Assembly (NCBI GenBank): GCA_025057135.1
Contig: JANWXY010000043.1
Location: 99-64,098 of the forward strand
Origin: Bacteroidia bacterium
GTDB taxonomy: Bacteria; Bacteroidota; Bacteroidia; SpSt-205
Direction of reading: 5' to 3'
Length of the DNA: 64,000 nt
A model generated the notes under the pieces. That model saw only the letters and a list, made by a program, of their open reading frames with translations, did not search any database and was not told the origin of the DNA. The stretch's first letter is position 1. Each line of letters begins with the position of its first letter. The position numbers were made by a program, and so were the translations under genes. Shown here one piece after another: positions 19,730 to 28,869 of the stretch.

Positions 19730-22374
19730 CAGAGGGACCGCTTGACTTGCACTTCCTGATAGCATTCTATGGTGTCTCCCTGTTTGATATCCTGAAAGCC
19801 TTCTATGGTGAGGCCGCATTCAAATCCTTCCAGAACTTCTTTGACATCATCCTTGAAGCGTTTCAAACTTGAAATTGTACTGGTGTATATGACGACACCT
19901 TCTCGGATGACATGAGCTTTGGCGCCTCGTATAATCTTGCCCTCTATGACTTTACATCCAGCCACGGTACCGACTTTGGGTATCTTGAAGATTTCGCGGA
20001 CTTCGGCTGTACCGATAGTTTCCTCTTGAATCACTGGTGCCAGCATGCCGGACAGGGCGCCTTTCACTTCATCTATGATATCGTAGATCACATTGTACAG
20101 GCGGATTTCTACATTGTTTTGCTTAGCGAGCTGGCGCGCCGTGTGGCTTGGTCTCACTTGGAAGCCCACGATTAGGGCATTAGAAGCTTTGGCGAGGAGG
20201 ACATCGCTATCGGTGATTTGTCCGACGCCCCGATGAATGACATTTACCTGAACTTCGGGCGTAGATAGCTTGACGAGGGAGTCGGTCAGAGCTTCTAAGG
20301 AGCCGCTCACATCAGTTTTGACGATGAGGTTGAGCTGTTTAGCCTGACCGCTTGCTACTCCTTCCAAGAGGCTACCTGAGAGGCGTCGTCGTTCTCTTTC
20401 TTTGAGAAGTTCGGCTCGACGATTTGCCATTTCTCGGGCGACGCTTTCTTCCTCCAATACATAGAATTTTTCGCCTACTTCGGGTACGCCACCGAGACCG
20501 AGTAGCTGGACGGGCTGAGAAGGGCCGGCTTTATCTATGCGTTTGCCGCGCTCATCCAGGAGCGCACGAACTCGTCCAAAGTACTGCCCGGCCAAGACGA
20601 CATCGCCCACGCGTAAGGTGCCTGTTTGAACAAGTACTGTGGCGATCGGTCCGCGAGCTTTGTCCAACTGTGCCTCTATGATAGTACCTTTTGCGGGGCG
20701 ATTGGGGTTCGCTTTGAGTTCCATCAGCTCTGCGAGAATGAGTACCTTTTCCAGGAGTTCTTGAATGCCGATACCTTTTTTGGCTGAAATGAGTTGAGAC
20801 GGATACTGCCCCCCCCATTCTTCTACGAGAAAGCCTGCCTCGGCTAACTCTTGGCGGATTTTATCGGGATTAGCGGTATCTTTATCAATCTTATTGATGG
20901 CGAAAATGATGGGAACATTTGCTGCTTGGGCGTGACTCAGGGCTTCCAAGGTTTGAGGACGCACATGGTCGTCCGCAGCGACTACAATAATGGCAATATC
21001 AGTAACTTGAGCACCGCGGGCACGCATGGCCGTAAAAGCCTCGTGTCCAGGGGTATCTAAGAAGGTTATACTCTGAGTTGGAGAAAGTTTTACTTCATAG
21101 GCTCCGATATGCTGGGTGATTCCACCAGCTTCACCGGCTACTACATTAGCTTTTCGGATGTAGTCCAGAAGGGTTGTTTTGCCGTGGTCAACGTGACCCA
21201 TCACGGTGACGATGGGAGGACGAGGGACCAAGTCGCTATTTGACTCTTCCACTTCGGTGAGCTGCTCCAGTGTCTCTTCCAGCGTGATGAAGTCTACTTT
21301 GAAGCCAAACTCCTCCGCTACGATAGCCGCTAAGTCTCGCTCCAAACGCTGATTTATAGAAGTCGGATAGCCCAATTCTATACATTTCGCAATCACTTGA
21401 TTGACAGGGACATTGAGTGCTTTGGCTAACTCCGCAGCGGTGATGTATTCTGCGATTTGGATTGTAGAAGCGGCCGCTTCTGCCTCCATGCGTTCGAGCT
21501 CACGCTTACGTTCTCGCTGTTTATATTTTTCCTGACGGAAGCGGCGTCGGGTGGCTACGTCTCCAGAGGATTTGAGCTGAGACTTCACGGGGCGTCTCTG
21601 TTCTGTGGGGGTTGACTTTGCTTTGGTTATGGGAGGAGGAGTGGGTTCTATCTCCTTGCGCTTTTTCCGGGTTCGTTTGCGTTTTCGCTTAGAGGCATCC
21701 TCGGCTGCCTTGGAGGTGTCCTCCTCATCGGGCTCCTCAGCTAAGTTCTGTTCTGAGAGCGGGGAGGGAAGGTCTACCCGAGTCTGCTTCTCTGATGCGT
21801 CCGTTCCTTCGAGCTTCTCTGGGAGTTTGACACGCTCTGGAAGGATTACTCGTTTTTTCGGGCTTAGGGGCTTTATATCTATGGTGCCCAGAATCTGGAG
21901 AGGCGGGGGTGAAGGAGGCGAATCTTCCTCCATCTTGAGGGGTTCAACCGGAGTGGGCGCATCATTCTCAGTAGGAGCAGCCTCTGATAGCTGTGGGGGT
22001 GTAGCGGATACTTCTGTGGGCGTAGGAGTAAGGGGGGTAGTTTGTGCAGGTGGCGTAGGGGGGGGGCTCACAGGTTTTACTTTACTGGAAATACGCAGTT
22101 TGCTGGAGGGTAAATCTACCTTGCCCCGTATGACTAACGGAGGCTGGATTTCCTCAGTGGGCTTATCGGTTGGCTCAGGTTGGGGAGGGGCTTTTTCGGT
22201 AGATACGGACCGCCCGTAATGACGCATTAACTTTTGATACGCTTCCTCTGAGATGCGGGCAAAGAGGAGATGCCCGTCTACGGGATATCCAAGCTTGCGC
22301 AAATCTTCTGCTATGGTCTCCACAGCGAGACTCAGCTCAGTAGCGAGCTGAGCAAGTTTATAGCTCCTACTCAT
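19729..22374 (-). CDS. infB: Translation initiation factor IF-2
   Basis: It has the G-domain motifs GHVDHGKTTLLD, DTPGH and NKID. The N-terminal region is Pro/Lys-rich and low-complexity. The length is 881 aa. Confidence 0.97.
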   Translation of the reverse strand: MSRSYKLAQLATELSLAVETIAEDLRKLGYPVDGHLLFARISEEAYQKLMRHYGRSVSTEKAPPQPEPTDKPTEEIQPPLVIRGKVDLPSSKLRISSKVKPVSPPPTPPAQTTPLTPTPTEVSATPPQLSEAAPTENDAPTPVEPLKMEEDSPPSPPPLQILGTIDIKPLSPKKRVILPERVKLPEKLEGTDASEKQTRVDLPSPLSEQNLAEEPDEEDTSKAAEDASKRKRKRTRKKRKEIEPTPPPITKAKSTPTEQRRPVKSQLKSSGDVATRRRFRQEKYKQRERKRELERMEAEAAASTIQIAEYITAAELAKALNVPVNQVIAKCIELGYPTSINQRLERDLAAIVAEEFGFKVDFITLEETLEQLTEVEESNSDLVPRPPIVTVMGHVDHGKTTLLDYIRKANVVAGEAGGITQHIGAYEVKLSPTQSITFLDTPGHEAFTAMRARGAQVTDIAIIVVAADDHVRPQTLEALSHAQAANVPIIFAINKIDKDTANPDKIRQELAEAGFLVEEWGGQYPSQLISAKKGIGIQELLEKVLILAELMELKANPNRPAKGTIIEAQLDKARGPIATVLVQTGTLRVGDVVLAGQYFGRVRALLDERGKRIDKAGPSQPVQLLGLGGVPEVGEKFYVLEEESVAREMANRRAELLKERERRRLSGSLLEGVASGQAKQLNLIVKTDVSGSLEALTDSLVKLSTPEVQVNVIHRGVGQITDSDVLLAKASNALIVGFQVRPSHTARQLAKQNNVEIRLYNVIYDIIDEVKGALSGMLAPVIQEETIGTAEVREIFKIPKVGTVAGCKVIEGKIIRGAKAHVIREGVVIYTSTISSLKRFKDDVKEVLEGFECGLTIEGFQDIKQGDTIECYQEVQVKRSL

Positions 22375-23720
22375 TCTTCAAACTCTGCCTGCAAAATTTC
22401 ATACACTTTGTGTAATGTCGGGAGGTCTATCTGGGTACGCTTCTGTAGCTCATCTATGGGGAACTGCAAAACAGACTGCGCTGTCTGGAAGCCCTCTTTC
22501 TGCAGAGCTTTGAGGATGGCTTCGGGAATCTCGTCGCTGAATTCTGTAAGTTCTATGTCCTCCTCTTCTCCATATTCGGCCACCTCCCGAATGTCCAATT
22601 CATACCCGAGTAGCTCCTGAGCAAGTCTCACATTTATACCCTCTCGCCCAATGCAGCGAGCGTACTCCTCTGGCGGTACAAATACCTTAGCATATCGCCG
22701 ATGAGGATAGACATTAACATACATTACCTTGCCCGGAGCTAATGCTCTGGAAATCGTCAGCTTTATATCCGCAGCATAGGGGACGATGTCTATGTATTCA
22801 CCCCGCAGCTCTTCTACCACTGGACGAATACGCGTCCCTTTTACCCCCACACAGGCACCAACCGGGTCTATTCTGTCGTCATAACTTTCTACTAAAACCT
22901 TAGCGCGCTCACCAGGAATGCGAACTACTTTACGGATGCGGATAATTCCGTCGTAGATTTCCGGAATCTCCAGTTTTAGGAGCGCCTCTAAGAAGGCCGG
23001 TGCCGTGCGCGAGAGAATTACTATCGGCCTTGAGGCGGGGGCTTTCCTCGGGTCCAGGACCTGATGTATTACAGCTTTGACGATACTGGAAGTACTGCGA
23101 CTGCGCCTTCCACCGAAGGTACTATCCTTAGGAATGTACTCATCCTTTCCTGGAATGAGCTCTGACCGAGGCAGGGATAGTTCATTGCCTTCATGGAGAA
23201 CGATTAGCTCATCCCGAGTGGCCTTCAATATCTCTCCGGTAATAACTTCCCCCACCATGTGAATGTACCTATCATAGAGGGCTCGCCGCTCCAAGTCGCG
23301 CATTTGCTGTTTGAGGCGAGCCTTGAGATAATCTATCTGATTGCGATTGAGACTGGAAAGCTCCACCTCTTCGTAAAAATCTTCACCGACTACAGCCTCT
23401 GGGTCTTTTTCCAAAGCGAGGCTAAGGGGAATTTGCCGAGTTTCATCCTCCACTTCATCATCAGCTACGATAACTCGTCGGTGGAGTATCTGAATGTCTG
23501 CCGTATCGGGATTCACGATGACAGAGTAGCTATGTTTGTAATCTGTGCTTTTTTCGGAGCGCAGCAAAACATCCAGAATGGCTTCCCGCATCACATCGGC
23601 AAACCTTTCCTTCGGAATACCATGCTGCTGAATGAATTCTTGCATGGCAGCGTATAGGCGCTGGCGGAACTGCTTCTCTTTCTCTAAAAGCTTATTGGCG
23701 GCGGCGCGGACTCTCGGCAT
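22371..23720 (-). CDS. nusA: Transcription termination/antitermination factor NusA
   Basis: It has S1 and KH domains (GACVGVKGTRI, CIGREGINVRL). It sits in the conserved rimP-nusA-infB order and overlaps infB by ATGA. Confidence 0.95.
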   Translation of the reverse strand: MPRVRAAANKLLEKEKQFRQRLYAAMQEFIQQHGIPKERFADVMREAILDVLLRSEKSTDYKHSYSVIVNPDTADIQILHRRVIVADDEVEDETRQIPLSLALEKDPEAVVGEDFYEEVELSSLNRNQIDYLKARLKQQMRDLERRALYDRYIHMVGEVITGEILKATRDELIVLHEGNELSLPRSELIPGKDEYIPKDSTFGGRRSRSTSSIVKAVIHQVLDPRKAPASRPIVILSRTAPAFLEALLKLEIPEIYDGIIRIRKVVRIPGERAKVLVESYDDRIDPVGACVGVKGTRIRPVVEELRGEYIDIVPYAADIKLTISRALAPGKVMYVNVYPHRRYAKVFVPPEEYARCIGREGINVRLAQELLGYELDIREVAEYGEEEDIELTEFSDEIPEAILKALQKEGFQTAQSVLQFPIDELQKRTQIDLPTLHKVYEILQAEFEE

Positions 23721-23723
23721 AAT

Positions 23724-24209
23724 CTATCGAGATTTTGAGCGTATGGCCTGGCGCGCTCGTGGTATCTCCACCCGAGCTGTATGAATATCGTCCCAACTGA
23801 TGGTATGTACCCGCCTGTAATGACGAAGCTGTATGGCAGTATCATCTACCGAAGTGAGAATCCCTCGGATTGTCCCATTTTTCGTCTTCACTTTGAGCAG
23901 ACGGCCGATGTTTTGTAAATATTGTCTCCTGAGGCGGAGTGGAGTGCCTACACCAGGTGAGCTGACGCTGATCCCTACATGTTCGGGCAACCAGTCAACG
24001 CTATGGAGACGCTCTTTTAGGTAAAGGTGTATTTTGACGCACTGGTCCAAAGTTATACCTCTGTCTGTATCCACTCTCAAATAGACCTCGGGCTCTGGTC
24101 CATGCACACGCATGCGTGCCTCTACCAGAAACACGTCAGGAAACGCTTCTGCCAGCTGCGCCGAGACCCAGGAGGTCAGACGCTCTTCTATCTCACGCAG
24201 AGCTTGCAT
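23724..24209 (-). CDS. rimP: Ribosome maturation factor RimP
   Basis: The call rests on its position upstream of nusA and a RimP-like sequence (LEVSSPGVGTPL). The start is moved to M16 (ATG 24209), because a TACCTTTG box lies inside the longer ORF, 6 nt upstream of that ATG. Confidence 0.85.
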   Translation of the reverse strand: MQALREIEERLTSWVSAQLAEAFPDVFLVEARMRVHGPEPEVYLRVDTDRGITLDQCVKIHLYLKERLHSVDWLPEHVGISVSSPGVGTPLRLRRQYLQNIGRLLKVKTKNGTIRGILTSVDDTAIQLRHYRRVHTISWDDIHTARVEIPRARQAIRSKSR

Positions 24210-24215
24210 CTCACA

Positions 24216-24223
24216 CAAAGGTA
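24216..24223 (-). promoter_or_regulatory. -7 box TACCTTTG, 6 nt upstream of rimP ATG 24209
   Basis: It matches exactly on the minus strand and lies inside the longer ORF-track version of rimP. Confidence 0.5.
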
Positions 24224-24267
24224 GGTATTTTCCCCGTAAAGGAATATTGCGCATGCAAGTTTTATAC

Positions 24268-24275
24268 TATATTTG
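24268..24275 (+). promoter_or_regulatory. -7 box TATATTTG, 11 nt upstream of sqr ATG 24287
   Basis: It matches exactly and is divergent from the rimP promoter. Confidence 0.45.
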
Positions 24276-24286
24276 CAATTGTGTCA

Positions 24287-25570
24287 ATGGAAATAATGTT
24301 ACAGAAAAATGAAAACCAACCCAAACCCAATACAACTATGAGCAAGTCACAGAATCACTTCCAGGTACTCATCGTAGGTGGAGGCAACGCAGGCCTATCT
24401 GTTATGAACTACCTCCTTCGTAAGCGTTCTGACCTCCAGATCGGGCTAATAGAGCCAAGTGAGACTCACTACTACCAGCCAGCATGGACTCTGGTAGGAG
24501 GTGGGGCCTACAAGCTGGAAAATACCATTCGGCGCGAGCAAGATTACATCCCTAAGGAGGTCACATGGATAAAGGATAGAGTGGTATCCTTTGAGCCAGA
24601 GCAGAACGCAGTTCTTACTGAGGGAGGTAAGCGTGTCACCTACGATTTCATGGTTGTAGCGCCAGGGATACAGTTAGACTGGCACAAAATAAAGGGAGCT
24701 ACCGAATGGCTTGGCAAAAATGGCGTATGTAGCATCTACACCCCCCAAACGGCCGTATATACCCATCAGGTGATAGAATCCCTCACAGGCAAAGGGAAAG
24801 CAGTTTTCACAGCGCCTGGTACCCCTGTCAAATGCGGTGGAGCCCCGATGAAAATAATGTTCCTTACGGCTGACAATCTCCGTCGTCGCGGTCTTTTGAA
24901 GCCCGGTATAGTTTACTATTACTCTGCGGGTACAGTGATTTTCGCTGTGAAAAAGTATGCAGAAACTCTCATCAAGGTGGCGGACCGCTATCATATCCAG
25001 AGAAACTTCAAGCACGAGCTCGTGGAGATAGATGGTCAAAATAAAGTGGCTTACTTTGAGGATCGTAACGGTTCTGAGCCTACCCGTGTGGCCGTAGAGT
25101 TTGAAATGCTCCATGTCGTGCCCCCTCAGAGCGCCCCGGACTTTATCAAGCGCAGTCCGCTTGCAGTTCCTGATAACCCGTTGGGGTGGATAGATGTGAA
25201 TAAGCACACGCTGCAGCATAATCGCTATCCGAACATTTTCGCTTTAGGTGACGCCAGCAGCCTACCTACCTCCAAAACTGGCGCAGCTATACGCAAGCAG
25301 ACTACTCCTCTGGTAGAGAATCTGCTGTACTGTATAGACAATCGGACTACTGACCTCAAGCAGCCCAAAGAGTATAATGGCTACAGCGCTTGTCCGATTA
25401 TTACAGGATACGGGAAACTCGTTCTGGCAGAGTTTGATTATAACCTTACCCCTCAGGAGTCCTTCCCATTTGATCAGAGTAAAGAGCGATACTCCATGTG
25501 GCTCCTCAAGCGTGAAGTGCTCCCTCGCATGTACTGGTGGGCTATTCTAAAGGGGCGAATGCAGGGATGA
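24287..25570 (+). CDS. sqr: Sulfide:quinone oxidoreductase, type II (SQRDL-like) flavoprotein
   Basis: It has the FAD-binding motif VLIVGGGNAGLS and HYYQPAWTLVGGG, characteristic of type II SQR. GDASSLPTSKTGAAI is also present. The exact start is uncertain (24287, 24296 or 24338). Confidence 0.75.
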   Translation: MEIMLQKNENQPKPNTTMSKSQNHFQVLIVGGGNAGLSVMNYLLRKRSDLQIGLIEPSETHYYQPAWTLVGGGAYKLENTIRREQDYIPKEVTWIKDRVVSFEPEQNAVLTEGGKRVTYDFMVVAPGIQLDWHKIKGATEWLGKNGVCSIYTPQTAVYTHQVIESLTGKGKAVFTAPGTPVKCGGAPMKIMFLTADNLRRRGLLKPGIVYYYSAGTVIFAVKKYAETLIKVADRYHIQRNFKHELVEIDGQNKVAYFEDRNGSEPTRVAVEFEMLHVVPPQSAPDFIKRSPLAVPDNPLGWIDVNKHTLQHNRYPNIFALGDASSLPTSKTGAAIRKQTTPLVENLLYCIDNRTTDLKQPKEYNGYSACPIITGYGKLVLAEFDYNLTPQESFPFDQSKERYSMWLLKREVLPRMYWWAILKGRMQG

Positions 25571-25713
25571 CCTCATACCTCACTCTGAGCTCTGGAGCTA
25601 CTCCTCGGTAGGCTAGAGCTACTGGTGCGTCTGGTGACATGAATAGAGGGGGTAGAGCCTGAGCTCTCTATTCTCTGAGTAGGCATCCCACGAGGCCTCG
25701 TAATGCTGTGAAA

Positions 25714-25748
25714 AGCAGGGGAAGGCTGACCCTTGCCCCTGCTTTTTT
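25714..25748 (+). terminator. Rho-independent terminator downstream of sqr
   Basis: A GC-rich hairpin (AGCAGGGGAAGG-CTGAC-CCTTGCCCCTGC) is followed by TTTTTT. Confidence 0.75.
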
Positions 25749-25838
25749 GCGTGCCTAAATGGTAATCGTAGTGGGCTATTCCAGTAACGAATGACAGCGC
25801 GAGTGTTGATTGGACCGCAGTTTGTATAATTGAGTTGT

Positions 25839-26654
25839 ATGCGTAGCTCTGCCATGTGGTTAGGCTTCCTCTGCACGAAGTATCTATTCGGTTTTACTTC
25901 CTTTTCGGAGGACACCTCCCGACGCCCCTCGGTGCCCCCACGGGTATTTACCAAACCTGTTCCGTTTCTCCCGGGAGAAAAGCTCGTTTTTCGAGTGCAT
26001 TATGGATGGCTCACAGCAGGGGAAGCTACCTTTGAAGTCTACCCCAAAATCTACACGGTTGGTGGACTGCCTGTTTATGTTTTCCGAGGGAGTGGCAAAA
26101 CAGCTTCGGCTTTTGAATGGTTTTACAAGGTTAGGGACTACATGGATTCTTATGTAGATACAGCCCAAATGCGTTCGCTTTTGTACTACCGCTGGGTAAA
26201 TGAAGGAGATTTTCACTTCGTAGATACTGTCTTTTTTGATTACAACAAGTGGGAGATACGAGGGCGTAAAGGGCGTTTTCCGATGGACACCTGGGTCATG
26301 GATATGTTAGGGGCGTTTTACTATGCTCGTCGCTTGAATATCCACAAGATGAGTCCAGGTACCGTCGTGCCTATTCCTGTATTTTTAGATGACAAAGTGT
26401 ACCAGTTGGGTATGAAGGTTCTGGGGCGGGAAACGATTAAGACGGATTTGGGCACATTTCGCTGCATCAAAATAACCCCTATTGTGGTAGCGGACCGGGT
26501 CTTTCGCGGGCAAGAGGAGATGATTATGTGGGTAACAGACGATGAAAACCTTATTCCCGTAAAGATCACCTCCCCGATCATTGTCGGTAGCGTTTCTGCT
26601 ACCCTCAAGTCCTATCAGAATCTAAAATACCCCCTTTCTTCCCGCATAGACTAA
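25839..26654 (+). CDS. DUF3108-like secreted protein
   Basis: It has an N-terminal signal and a FRVHYGWLTAGEATFEV segment typical of DUF3108. The start position is uncertain. Confidence 0.5.
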   Translation: MRSSAMWLGFLCTKYLFGFTSFSEDTSRRPSVPPRVFTKPVPFLPGEKLVFRVHYGWLTAGEATFEVYPKIYTVGGLPVYVFRGSGKTASAFEWFYKVRDYMDSYVDTAQMRSLLYYRWVNEGDFHFVDTVFFDYNKWEIRGRKGRFPMDTWVMDMLGAFYYARRLNIHKMSPGTVVPIPVFLDDKVYQLGMKVLGRETIKTDLGTFRCIKITPIVVADRVFRGQEEMIMWVTDDENLIPVKITSPIIVGSVSATLKSYQNLKYPLSSRID

Positions 26655-26656
26655 AC

Positions 26657-27151
26657 ATGAGCAGATGTTTCCACTGGTATGTCTTGGGGTTTCTCTTATG
26701 TGCCGCTGCTTGTCAGCGGGAGCCGAAAAAAAGCTGTACCCCCCCCTGCCAATATAATGCGCCCTGTGTAGATGGCGTGTGTCAGTGTCCTCTGCCCTTT
26801 GAAGGCATCTCTTGTGAGATAGACTCTCGCGATAGATTTACAGGAAACTGGGAAGGTCAAAGAAACTGTGGCGGCACACGAGGCGGATTGCGATACATGC
26901 TCTGGCGAGATGACAGCTTGCTATTGTACATGTTCATGGCGGGTAGCTTTTTTGGTAGTGCCTATGAGACGCTTCAAGCGCGTTTGATAGACCCCTTCAA
27001 GCTCTACCTGCCACAGCAGATTTTGAGGGATACCCCCGTATTTATTTCTGGGTACGGTGAGCAGCGTCGTGATAGCTTATTATTGGAACTCTATCTACAA
27101 GGCTCAGCTCAGAGAATAGATACGTGTTCGTGGAAACTTAAGCGAAGGTAG
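26657..27151 (+). CDS. Small lipoprotein with a single EGF-like module
   Basis: It has a lipoprotein-type signal (LGFLLCAAAC). This is followed by CTPPCQYNAPCVDGVCQCPLPFEGISC, a six-Cys pattern. The last part fits C-x-C-x2-[GP]-[FYW]-x4-C. Confidence 0.6.
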   Translation: MSRCFHWYVLGFLLCAAACQREPKKSCTPPCQYNAPCVDGVCQCPLPFEGISCEIDSRDRFTGNWEGQRNCGGTRGGLRYMLWRDDSLLLYMFMAGSFFGSAYETLQARLIDPFKLYLPQQILRDTPVFISGYGEQRRDSLLLELYLQGSAQRIDTCSWKLKRR

Positions 27152-27171
27152 CCACAGGTCTATTGGACCTA

Positions 27172-28719
27172 TCATTCTAAAGCGGCGATGAGCTCGCCCT
27201 GGTGCGTCAGCAGTTCAGCTTGACTTATAGAGAAAGCGGGCTCAGCTTGGACATATATCCACCGATGCGGAAATAGTCCCCATATCCAGTTTTGATGAAA
27301 AGGATATACTTCTCGCCACTGGCTTAGCCAAACGGGATGGACTCGGAGGCGTAATGGGAGGCGTGGATAGAGGGCTGACCACGCACTGAAAGCTTTTTGA
27401 ATACGCACGAGGAGTTCATCTGGATGGGTATATTTTCCTGTACCGTGGCACACCGGACAAGGATAAGACTCCAAAAACTCTATGGGCTGGCGGCGTCGCT
27501 GTCGGGTGATCTGGACTAAACCTATCTCGCTCATCGGGAGTATGGAATGCTTGGCTCGGTCGCTGCGCATCGCTTCTCGGAGGCGTTCTTCTACTTTTTG
27601 GCGGTGCTCTGGGTTTTTCATGTCTATGAAGTCCACTATGATGATGCCTCCGAGGTCCCGTAGTCGGAGCTGTCGTGCTATCTCTTGCGTCGCTAATAGA
27701 TTAGTCTGAAATATCACTTCATCTACTGAGGCGCTCTTTGCCGGGAGAGAACCTGTATTCACATCTATGACATGGAGGGCTTCTGTGTGCTCTATCACGA
27801 GGTAAGCCCCATTCGGCAAGGTTACAGTTCTCCCAAGCAGCGTGCGCTTTTGATAGTCAGGGTCAAATATATTTTTCAGCTGTTCTGGGCGACGATATAA
27901 TCGTAAAGCTGGGAGTTGCGGCATAGGATGGGTATTGAGGTAGTGCTGAACTCGCCGGTACAGATTTTCGTTCGTGAGGTAGATGGTTTGAGGTAGGTGA
28001 CTGAGAGCTTCACTGAGTAGGTGGCTTAGGCTGTCGTCGTCATTGAGGCGATAAGGGGGGCGTTTAGTCTTAATGTCTGAAAGGAAACTTTCCCAGCGGC
28101 TGATGAGCTGAGCATATTCTGCTGACACTTCTTCAAAAGCGGCGGCGGCTCCATTAGTTCGGAGAATCAAACCGTACGGCGGCTTATAGAGCTGTTTTAG
28201 TCTTTCACGCCATGCGTAGCGAAGCTCAGGATTCATTACTCGGTGCGAAACCCCTACATCAGCCGAGAACGGCAATAATACGAGCGCATGCCCAGTCAAT
28301 CCCAGGTTGGTGGTGAGCCGAGGCCCCTTGTTTTCTGTCATTTCTTTGACAACTTGGACAAACAGCCAATCCCCAACCTGCACATAATCAGAGATATTGC
28401 CGTCTTTGGGCAAAGAGGTCACCTGAGCGGGGTCGTTTATTACCGGGGTTTTGCCTGAGCGTAGGGCAGATAGATAGCTCTGCTGCAAAATCAGCTCAGG
28501 GCCTACATCCGTATAATGTAAGAAGCCCTCCCGCTGTAATCCGATATTTACAAAGACTGCGTTCAAGCCGCGTACAACTTGAATGACTTCGCCCAAGAAA
28601 ATATCCCCCAGCGAGCACTGGGCGTCAGAACTCGCTGTATAGTACTCTACTAAGCTTCGTCCCTCTAAGACGTAAGCGTGCAGAGCGTTATCCTCCTTAG
28701 TGAGGACGAGCTCTCGCAA
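27172..28719 (-). CDS. rng: Ribonuclease G / E family endoribonuclease
   Basis: It has an S1 domain (GDIFLGEVIQVVRGLNAVFVNIG) and the catalytic region HVIDVNTGS .. GGIIIVDFIDM. A CPVCHGTG zinc-link motif is also present. The start codon is TTG. Confidence 0.9.
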   Translation of the reverse strand: MRELVLTKEDNALHAYVLEGRSLVEYYTASSDAQCSLGDIFLGEVIQVVRGLNAVFVNIGLQREGFLHYTDVGPELILQQSYLSALRSGKTPVINDPAQVTSLPKDGNISDYVQVGDWLFVQVVKEMTENKGPRLTTNLGLTGHALVLLPFSADVGVSHRVMNPELRYAWRERLKQLYKPPYGLILRTNGAAAAFEEVSAEYAQLISRWESFLSDIKTKRPPYRLNDDDSLSHLLSEALSHLPQTIYLTNENLYRRVQHYLNTHPMPQLPALRLYRRPEQLKNIFDPDYQKRTLLGRTVTLPNGAYLVIEHTEALHVIDVNTGSLPAKSASVDEVIFQTNLLATQEIARQLRLRDLGGIIIVDFIDMKNPEHRQKVEERLREAMRSDRAKHSILPMSEIGLVQITRQRRRQPIEFLESYPCPVCHGTGKYTHPDELLVRIQKAFSAWSALYPRLPLRLRVHPVWLSQWREVYPFHQNWIWGLFPHRWIYVQAEPAFSISQAELLTHQGELIAALE

Positions 28720-28730
28720 GGAGGATAGGT

Positions 28731-28826
28731 TTAGCGGAGTTTCTTCTTGTGGCGATTGAGGCGACGACGCTTTTTGAGCTTATGGCGTTTGATTTTTTTG
28801 AGTTTTCTTTTCCGACCACATGGCAT
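28731..28826 (-). CDS. 31-aa highly basic micro-protein, bS22 / mS38 (AURKAIP1/COX24-domain)-like candidate ribosomal peptide
   Basis: The product is MPCGRKRKLKKIKRHKLKKRRRLNRHKKKLR. As I recall, it matches the MPxGKKRK..HK..KKR.R.NRHKKK peptides conserved in Bacteroidota. It has its own TACATTTG box 8 nt upstream and lies 11 nt upstream of rng. This is the C-terminal part of the longer 28731..28940 ORF-track entry. Confidence 0.6.
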   Translation of the reverse strand: MPCGRKRKLKKIKRHKLKKRRRLNRHKKKLR

Positions 28827-28834
28827 AACGGGTG

Positions 28835-28842
28835 CAAATGTA
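28835..28842 (-). promoter_or_regulatory. -7 box TACATTTG, 8 nt upstream of the 31-aa micro-ORF
   Basis: It matches exactly on the minus strand. Confidence 0.5.
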
Positions 28843-28861
28843 CAAAATCTCACCAAAGCAG

Positions 28862-28869
28862 TAACTTTG
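28862..28869 (+). promoter_or_regulatory. -7 box TAACTTTG, 6 nt upstream of rpsT ATG
   Basis: It matches exactly and is divergent from the micro-ORF promoter 20 bp away. Confidence 0.55.

Noticed and set aside
21605-22219. 204-aa plus-strand ORF rich in G, S and V.
   Set aside because: It is antisense to the Pro/Lys-rich low-complexity N-terminal region of infB. This is a compositional artefact with no promoter box or recognisable motif.
24116-24286. 57-aa N-terminal extension of the sqr ORF.
   Set aside because: It overlaps the rimP coding region and promoter on the other strand. The FAD-binding fold begins shortly after the internal ATG, and a TATATTTG box lies inside the extension.
24674-25219. 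181-aa minus-strand ORF inside sqr. Similar internal or antisense ORFs occur at 12388-12759, 23259-23657, 30117-30497, 35566-35946, 40385-40819, 47923-48378, 60235-60702 and 61767-62210.
   Set aside because: All of them lie fully within confidently identified genes on the opposite strand or in another frame. They have biased composition and no recognisable motifs.
25619-25954. 111-aa minus-strand ORF spanning the sqr/DUF3108 intergenic region.
   Set aside because: It runs antisense through the sqr terminator hairpin and the start of the DUF3108 gene. It has no promoter box and no recognisable motif.
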